Source of the DNA: Candidatus Latescibacterota bacterium
Lineage (GTDB): Bacteria; Latescibacterota; UBA2968; GCA-2709665
Length of the DNA: 64,000 bases
Reading direction: 5' to 3'
Assembly (NCBI GenBank): GCA_963667175.2
Contig: CAXXXF010000003.1
Location: 1 to 64,000 of the forward strand
Shown here: in pieces, positions 57,927-64,000 of the stretch
Numbering within the stretch: the stretch's first letter is position 1
Layout of the letters: every line of letters starts with the position of its first letter
Program-made: the position numbers and the translations under genes
The notes under the pieces: generated by a model
The model's input: the letters and a program-made list of their open reading frames with translations, nothing else
Told to the model about the DNA's origin: nothing
Database searches by the model: none

Positions 57927-59279
57927 GTGTTCAGCGCTGATACCCCATATAGGAGAACGGCCCGCGCCGAATCCGGGAGCCCCGTTCGCGTGGGTCTCAT
58001 CGGCGCCGGAAAATTCGGCACGATGTTTCTGGCGCAGGCCCGCCGGATTTCCGGTCTGCACGTCCTGGGCGTGGCAGATCTTTCCATTGAACGGGCGCGC
58101 GAGGCGCTGTCCCGCGCGGAGTGGCCGCCGGAGCAATTCGCCGCGCGAAGTTTCGACAGCGCACTCGAGACCGGCGCTACCCACCTCACCGACGACGGCG
58201 ATTCACTGGCCGGCGCCAATGGCCTGGACGTTCTGGTCGAAGCCACGGGAAATCCTCTGGCGGGTATCCACTACGCCCTGAATGCTATCCACGAAGGGCG
58301 CCACCTGGTCATGGTGAACGTCGAAGCCGACGTGCTCGCGGGTCCCGTACTGGCGCGGCGGGCGGCGTCTGCCGGCCTCGCCTACTCGCTTGCATACGGC
58401 GACCAGCCCGCCCTGATCTGCGAACTCGTCGACTGGGCGAGGACCAACGGATTTGACGTCGTCTGCGCCGGCAAGGGTACGAAACACCGGCCCGTTTATC
58501 ACGAATCGACCCCCGATACGGTCTGGGACCACTACGGAATCGACGCGGAAACGGCGGCGCGCGGCGGGATGAATCCGCGGATGTTCAATTCCTTCCTGGA
58601 CGGTACGAAATCGGCCATCGAGATGGCTGCCGTCTCGAATGCCACGGGGCTCGAGCCGCAGCCGGAAGGGTTGAACTTTCCGCCCTGCGGCATCGACCGG
58701 TTGCCGGACGTCTGCAGGCCACGGAGCGCGGGCGGTCGACTTTCCCGCAAGGGAACGGTGGAGGTCGTTTCCTGCGTGCATGCTGACGGCACACCCGTCG
58801 ATCAGCACCTGCGATGGGGTGTCTACGTCACGATCGAAGGGGCGGGCGACTATATCCGGCGCTGCTTCACGGAATACGGGTTGCCAACCGACGACTCCGG
58901 CCGGTACACCGCCATCTACCGCCCCTATCATCTGGTGGGCATGGAACTCGCGACCAGCGTGATGCGCGCGGGGTTGCACGGCGAAGCCACAGGCTGTCCC
59001 CGCGCCTTTGTCGCGGACGTCGCCGCCACCGCCAAGCGCGATCTTGCCGCGGGGGAAGTCCTGGACGGGGAGGGAGGGTACCGCGTTTATGGCAAACTCA
59101 TGCCGGCGGCCGGCGCCGTCGGGAACGGCGTCCTTCCTATCGGGCTGGCGCACGCGCTCAATCTGAAACGCGGAATCAAAGCCGGCCGGCCGATCCTTAG
59201 AGCCGACGTGGACCTGGACGAAGACAGCGACGTTTTCCGCCTTCGCAGGGAAATGGAAGGACAGTTGGAGGATTTGTAA
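57927..59279 (+). CDS. NAD(P)-dependent oxidoreductase with C-terminal SAF domain (homoserine dehydrogenase-like)
   Basis: GLIGAGKFG, NVEAD, GDQP, DGTKSAIEM, AKRDL.AGE.LDGEGG motifs. Confidence 0.88.
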   Translation: MFSADTPYRRTARAESGSPVRVGLIGAGKFGTMFLAQARRISGLHVLGVADLSIERAREALSRAEWPPEQFAARSFDSALETGATHLTDDGDSLAGANGLDVLVEATGNPLAGIHYALNAIHEGRHLVMVNVEADVLAGPVLARRAASAGLAYSLAYGDQPALICELVDWARTNGFDVVCAGKGTKHRPVYHESTPDTVWDHYGIDAETAARGGMNPRMFNSFLDGTKSAIEMAAVSNATGLEPQPEGLNFPPCGIDRLPDVCRPRSAGGRLSRKGTVEVVSCVHADGTPVDQHLRWGVYVTIEGAGDYIRRCFTEYGLPTDDSGRYTAIYRPYHLVGMELATSVMRAGLHGEATGCPRAFVADVAATAKRDLAAGEVLDGEGGYRVYGKLMPAAGAVGNGVLPIGLAHALNLKRGIKAGRPILRADVDLDEDSDVFRLRREMEGQLEDL

Positions 59280-59354
59280 GCGTGAGAACGTTTCGCGGTT
59301 CAATCACTCCCCTCTCCCCGAATCCGGGAATCTGCCAACGAGGAAATTACGCCA

Positions 59355-61214
59355 ATGAACACATCACGAGACCTGGGCAACGGGTTCCGCCACCACGGCG
59401 TCGCGACGGACATCGCCAACAGCCGGGGGCTGGTCGCCACGGTGGACGGCCAGGGTCGGAACGTGGTCCTGCTCTGGCTGTACGACCATCGCGGCTGCTA
59501 TGCCTTGCTGCTGATCGACGCGGAGACGGGCGCCAGCGAACAGTACCCCCTCCCATTTCCGCCGGGCGATGACTTCAACGCCTGTCCTTTTTCGTCAATT
59601 CTCACGAGCGGCAACCTCTTCTGCAGCCATTTCCACAGCCGCTTCCTGGCCTTCGATCCCGCCGCACGGTCGTTCACGTTCTGGCATGAGACCGTACCGC
59701 AGATGGCCATGGGGATGACCGAAGACGACGATGGCCGCATCTGGGCGGCCACCCATCCGGATAGCGGCGTTCTGTCCTATGACCCCCAGACCCGCGCGTT
59801 CAGAGATTACGGTCACGTCTACAAGCAGAACTGGCGGCAATACCCGCGTTCGGTCGCCGCTGACGCCTCCGGTTGGGTGTACTTCGGCATCGGCAGTACC
59901 GCCAGTCAGATCGTCAGCCTGGATCCCGATTCCGGCGCCGCGGCGCCCATCCTCTCCGAAGACGAACGCGTCCAGGGCAGCGGCCACGTCTACCGCGACG
60001 TCAGCGGCAAGGTCTACGGACATGCCGGGGACGGCGCCAACAACTGGTTTGAGCTTTACCGGGGTACGCGAAGTCCCGTCGGGGGACTCGAAGAACAGAA
60101 CGAAAAACCGATCGTCACGGGCAGCCAGGGACTCTTCCACCGGAATTTCCCGGATGGCAAACGCATCGTGTCGTGTAATCTGGAAACCCGCACGCTATCG
60201 GTCGAAGACCCCGATTCCGGAGGAATCCGGGAAGTCGGCTTCGAATACACGACCGAAGGCGCCCACGTAATGGGGCTTGCCGCGGCGCCCGACGGGACCG
60301 TCAGCGGGGGCACAACCTTTCCGGCGCGCTTCTTCAGCTACGATCCCGCGGCCGACACGTGGGTCAACCGCCCCAACCTCGGCCAGTGGAACACCGTCGC
60401 GCGGCAGCTGGACCGGTTCTTCGCCGGCGCCTACACCGGCGGACTCCTGCTGGAATGGGACCCCGCCGCGCCCTGGGCGCCGACCGAAAAGGAAAACTCC
60501 GAATCCAACCCCCGGTTCCTGACCGAATGCAAACCCGCCATCAACCGCCCGCATACGCTGCTCGCCCATCCGGACGGGCAGACCGTGATTCTGGCGGGCA
60601 CCCCCAACTACGGCCACACGGGCGGCGGGATGCTGTTCTGGGACCGGGAGACCGGATCGGGCGTTCTGCTGGACCACACCGAAATCCTCCCCGATCACAG
60701 CACGATGAGTCTGGTCGCCCTTCCGGACGGCAACCTTCTGGGCGGCTCCACGACCGATCCCGGTACCGGGGGCGAGCGAAAGGCGGAAGAAGCCGAACTC
60801 TACGCGATGGATATAGAAACGAGGCGGGTCCTTTGGCGCGAGGCGGTCTTCCCCGGCGTGCAATCGTACACGGATCTCTGCCCGGGGCCGGGCGGAGTCG
60901 TCTACGGGATCACGGACCGGGAACGCTTCTTTGTGTTCGATCCCGATTCCAGAAAGGTCCTGCGCAGCGAAATCACCGCGGACAGGTACAGCCTGACGGC
61001 CAGACAGCAGGGCCCGCGGGTTTTCGTCACCACGCCGGCAGGCAACGTCTACTTGCTTTTTATCAAGGGAATCGTACGCGTAGATCCCTCCGACCACAGC
61101 CTCGCCTTGCTGGCCGAGTCTCCCGTGCCCATCGGCTTCGGCGGGGACTGGCTGAACGGACGCATCTACTTCGGAAGCGGCTCACACGTCTACAGCTACG
61201 GGAATTGCGAATAG
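59355..61214 (+). CDS. Uncharacterised beta-propeller repeat protein
   Basis: Repeated (F/Y/W)DP and xDGxxxxG blade motifs throughout. Confidence 0.65.
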   Translation: MNTSRDLGNGFRHHGVATDIANSRGLVATVDGQGRNVVLLWLYDHRGCYALLLIDAETGASEQYPLPFPPGDDFNACPFSSILTSGNLFCSHFHSRFLAFDPAARSFTFWHETVPQMAMGMTEDDDGRIWAATHPDSGVLSYDPQTRAFRDYGHVYKQNWRQYPRSVAADASGWVYFGIGSTASQIVSLDPDSGAAAPILSEDERVQGSGHVYRDVSGKVYGHAGDGANNWFELYRGTRSPVGGLEEQNEKPIVTGSQGLFHRNFPDGKRIVSCNLETRTLSVEDPDSGGIREVGFEYTTEGAHVMGLAAAPDGTVSGGTTFPARFFSYDPAADTWVNRPNLGQWNTVARQLDRFFAGAYTGGLLLEWDPAAPWAPTEKENSESNPRFLTECKPAINRPHTLLAHPDGQTVILAGTPNYGHTGGGMLFWDRETGSGVLLDHTEILPDHSTMSLVALPDGNLLGGSTTDPGTGGERKAEEAELYAMDIETRRVLWREAVFPGVQSYTDLCPGPGGVVYGITDRERFFVFDPDSRKVLRSEITADRYSLTARQQGPRVFVTTPAGNVYLLFIKGIVRVDPSDHSLALLAESPVPIGFGGDWLNGRIYFGSGSHVYSYGNCE

Positions 61215-61417
61215 GACAGGGAGGCAGGGTAGCGCCGGCAAGGTTTTTGCGTATGGTGAGGGTGTACCAGTCTCAACCGATAGGATTTTCCATAAACGTC
61301 GGCTGGCGGCGTACCCCTTGGCGTGTGATGAACGCTCCCTCTTGACACAGGGACCGTATACGGATAACTTTCCTACAGCACGAATCAGGTGCTTTTATGT
61401 AAGAGCGGAGGCGGCGC

Positions 61418-61765
61418 GTGACGCGCGAATCGATATGGAGTGTGTCGGATCGTGCTCTGTTCAGCTTCATAGCATTAACACATTTCATCTTTCAGATTTC
61501 CAGACTTTCCTTCTCGAAGTCAGTAAAAATACAAGACATTACAGACATTGGGATTTTTTCAGTTGTCGTTTCTTTCTTTACCATGGAGGCACTTGACATG
61601 GTGGGCGCGTTAACGGAAACGGTCCGAAAATGGCAATTTAAAAGGGGGCGTAAGAGAGGCCGGCAGGAAGCCGAAGAGAAATACATCCGATGGATAAGAG
61701 AGGAAGAGTCAAAGGGAACGGTTTTCAAGAGCCCTCCTCCCTCAGAGAACTCAAACCAGGAATGA
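61418..61765 (+). CDS. Small hypothetical membrane-anchored protein (lower GC; start uncertain)
   Basis: Hydrophobic N-half, basic RGRKRGRQE tract, PPP tail; followed by a terminator. Confidence 0.4.
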   Translation: MTRESIWSVSDRALFSFIALTHFIFQISRLSFSKSVKIQDITDIGIFSVVVSFFTMEALDMVGALTETVRKWQFKRGRKRGRQEAEEKYIRWIREEESKGTVFKSPPPSENSNQE

Positions 61766-61814
61766 CGAACAGAAAACGGAAAAAGCTCAGGATACGAATT
61801 CTAACCTGCTTGGG

Positions 61815-61850
61815 ATGGTCTCATTGGCACAAGCCAATGAGGCCATTTTT
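61815..61850 (+). terminator. Rho-independent terminator
   Basis: ATGGTCTCATTGGC-acaa-GCCAATGAGGCCAT followed by a T tract. Confidence 0.65.
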
Positions 61851-61973
61851 GCTTTGACATCGCATGGACAGTTTGGTGACAACGAAAGCGGTAAGGTCAT
61901 TGCGAAAACTGCACGTGAAGCTTCTTTTCATTCAGGTGAAATATCCGTTCATCGCCATGACCCGGAATTGTAA

Positions 61974-62189
61974 GCCTTGATTCGAAATTTTCGGGTGACG
62001 TTAAATTGATTATATCCAGGTGAATAAAGGCGATTTGACATCGGATATCCAGGATACTTCAGGTCACTGGACGCGAACGGAAGAATTGTCCTTATGGACG
62101 ACCTTTACGCCCCGTTTGGCGCCGGTACCTTTTGTGACTTTTGTGCTTTTTGTGGCTGATTTAGCGCTTATCTTTTTTCAAATTGAGGT
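61974..62189 (+). mobile_element. MITE family 2 copy
   Basis: GCCTTGATTCG...AAATTGAGGT flanked by TAA on both sides; internal nonamer tract. Confidence 0.82.
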
Positions 62190-62244
62190 TAAGGGTGGTC
62201 GGAATGACCACGGGCGGTCTATCGTGGTTTGATTCACTACCGTT

Positions 62245-62380
62245 ATTCGTTTTCTCGTGCTTTTGTCGTGCTTTTTGGCTTTCCTCGTTTTTTTCGCGTT
62301 TTTTCGTGTGTTTCGTAGTTTCTGATGTTCGTTTTCTCGCGCTTTTTGGTTTTCATCCTGTTCATCTTGTCCATCCATGT
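62245..62380. repeat. Cluster of nonamer tandem tracts
   Basis: TTTTTCGCG/TTTTTCGTG/TGTTTCGTA units and TTCATCCTG/TTCATCTTG/TCCATCCAT units. Confidence 0.65.
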
Positions 62381-62406
62381 AAGTTCCGGTTTCTGCATCA
62401 AGAGGC

Positions 62407-63045
62407 CTAGAACCTGAAATCCCGGTCCTGGACTCTGAATCCCAGGAGCGACGCGCGTCCATTCGGGTCGACCCGGACGAGCGTTGCGAATTCATCCGGA
62501 TGTCGCCGGATGTCTTCGACGATCTGCCTGCGCAATCTCTCCGGCACATGATAGTAACCGATCCCGAAGTTCACGTATTTCTCCCTGAACGATCCCCTTG
62601 CGACGGTCTGATCCGTCTCTCCGTATCCGATTGGCACCTCCTCCTGTCCGGTAACCACCGAATCCGCGATCCATTCTCCGGACCTATCCCGGCGCAGGGG
62701 AACGTGAACGGGTACCCATCGATACGCGGTCTTGCCGCGGATCACGACCTCTCCTGACCCCACCGCTGACGGCATCTCCAATCCCGTACTTTCAACGGCC
62801 CAGGTGGAATCCGCCTGCAACCGCAACGTGACGTAGACCGTCTCCCCGCGTTTGCGATGCGCTTCGGCCCGTGCAAATTCATACTCGATGCGGATGCCGG
62901 CGCCGCGCATCACGTGCTGCAGATTCGTGGCCTTTGCCGGAAGCCAGACTTCTCTTCCCGATTCCCCTCGATTGAGAGGCAGCGCGGCCAGGATGCCGAT
63001 TTGCGCGAGCAGCGCGACGCCGAACCAGGCGGACCTCTTACCCAT
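62407..63045 (-). CDS. GDYXXLXY-domain-like membrane-anchored protein
   Basis: N-terminal TM, GETVYVTL, VIRG, FGIGYYHVPE, VRVDPNGRA; follows DUF2157. The namesake motif is degenerate (GAGIRIEY). Confidence 0.65.
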   Translation of the reverse strand: MGKRSAWFGVALLAQIGILAALPLNRGESGREVWLPAKATNLQHVMRGAGIRIEYEFARAEAHRKRGETVYVTLRLQADSTWAVESTGLEMPSAVGSGEVVIRGKTAYRWVPVHVPLRRDRSGEWIADSVVTGQEEVPIGYGETDQTVARGSFREKYVNFGIGYYHVPERLRRQIVEDIRRHPDEFATLVRVDPNGRASLLGFRVQDRDFRF

Positions 63046-64000
63046 TGTGCGCCTCACCCTGTTTCAGATGCCGTTCAAATCGGATTCCACCGAGAATCAC
63101 GCCAACGCCGCAGGCGATGAACACGAACGACTTGAGGAACAGATTCGTATCCCACTCTATGAAGGTGTGGATGATGACCCACGCCAGAATCAACAGCCCC
63201 GCCCAGAAGGACGTCCTGCGGTGGACTCTGACCGCCGTATAGAGCAGGCTCACCGCGATGGCGCCGGCGGCGATCTTGGCGGCCACGGGCAATCCGAGAG
63301 GCTGCATCGCCAGCGTACCGGCGATGAGGACGGCGCCGGCAGCCAGCGTCGCGATCGAGCGGTGTCTCAACGGAGTCCTTTCGGGCGGCGTCCGGATCAC
63401 GGAGGTCCAGACGGCGACCGCAGCCAGGCCGGTCAGCCCGAGAGGTACCGTCCACATCCATCCATCCGACCGCCAGCCGGGTTTCGAGAATTCACGAGCG
63501 GCTTCCTCGAACGACATCATATAGGCGAGCAGCAGAATCACCGTCATCCCAACCGTCCTGGCAATAGTCCCCATCAGGCGCGCGGACTCAATCCTTTCCA
63601 GCCGGAGGCCCAGTCCGAACAGGAACGTCGCGGTCGCGGCTACGGCGAGGAGTGGCGGCCATTGCTCGCCGCTGTCGAGCGCCGCGCACACCGAAAGCGC
63701 CGCCCCCGCCGACAGGATGACGCCGGCGAAGGCCGCGGCGCTACGGCGCATCAGGAACGGCACGCAGACGGCGACGATCGCGAGGGGATACCAGCAAAAC
63801 ATGTGCGGATTGTTCGCCGTGTACCCGCAGAACCAGGCAAAGCTCGCGACACACGTCACCAGCATGCAGGGTCCGCTCATCGTCGCGAAAGCGATGACCG
63901 CGGAACCGAGCGCCCAGATCCCGAAGGCGCCATGAGGTTCTCCGGTGAGGTGAAACATCTGCGCGATCAGGAAGACGTTCGCGCCGAAGACCAGCGCGCC
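63038..64000 (-). CDS. DUF2157-like membrane protein (5' end outside window)
   Basis: GANVFLIAQMFHL motif at the window edge, many TM helices, LKSFVFIACG near the C-terminus. Confidence 0.75.
   Translation of the reverse strand, partial: GALVFGANVFLIAQMFHLTGEPHGAFGIWALGSAVIAFATMSGPCMLVTCVASFAWFCGYTANNPHMFCWYPLAIVAVCVPFLMRRSAAAFAGVILSAGAALSVCAALDSGEQWPPLLAVAATATFLFGLGLRLERIESARLMGTIARTVGMTVILLLAYMMSFEEAAREFSKPGWRSDGWMWTVPLGLTGLAAVAVWTSVIRTPPERTPLRHRSIATLAAGAVLIAGTLAMQPLGLPVAAKIAAGAIAVSLLYTAVRVHRRTSFWAGLLILAWVIIHTFIEWDTNLFLKSFVFIACGVGVILGGIRFERHLKQGEAHNG

Noticed and set aside
892-62380. CRISPR array
   Set aside because: Repeats are short tandem or dispersed units without regular unique spacers; no cas genes.

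Overview
A GC-rich bacterial chromosomal segment. Gene content (TonB receptor, many heparinase II/III-like and GHL10-like paralogs, Gfo/Idh/MocA enzymes) suggests a diderm polysaccharide-degrading lineage such as Latescibacterota/Gemmatimonadota/Poribacteria; this is inference only. Left to right: 3' part of a frameshifted IS110 recombinase; serA, a class V aminotransferase, engB, clpX, clpP and tig; a tetraether-synthase (Tes/MJ0619)-like radical SAM gene; a lower-GC island (DUF4249, TonB receptor, two-component system) littered with MITEs and IS remnants; a ~22 kb glycan-catabolic region; a small defence island (Septu-like ATPase + HNH, amber-interrupted NucS-like nuclease, orphan Dam-type methylase); and a long run of metabolic genes including nadE. 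No rRNA, tRNA or CRISPR array was seen. The most striking unexplained layer is non-coding: three MITE families (two with readable target duplications), heptamer and nonamer tandem repeats, GTAG-REPs, and a 28-33 bp CCTGCCTG...CAG(G/A)CAGG hairpin that has inserted into other mobile elements without target duplication. The IS110 end is fused to the edge of a heptamer-repeat copy, suggesting a repeat-targeting bridge recombinase.
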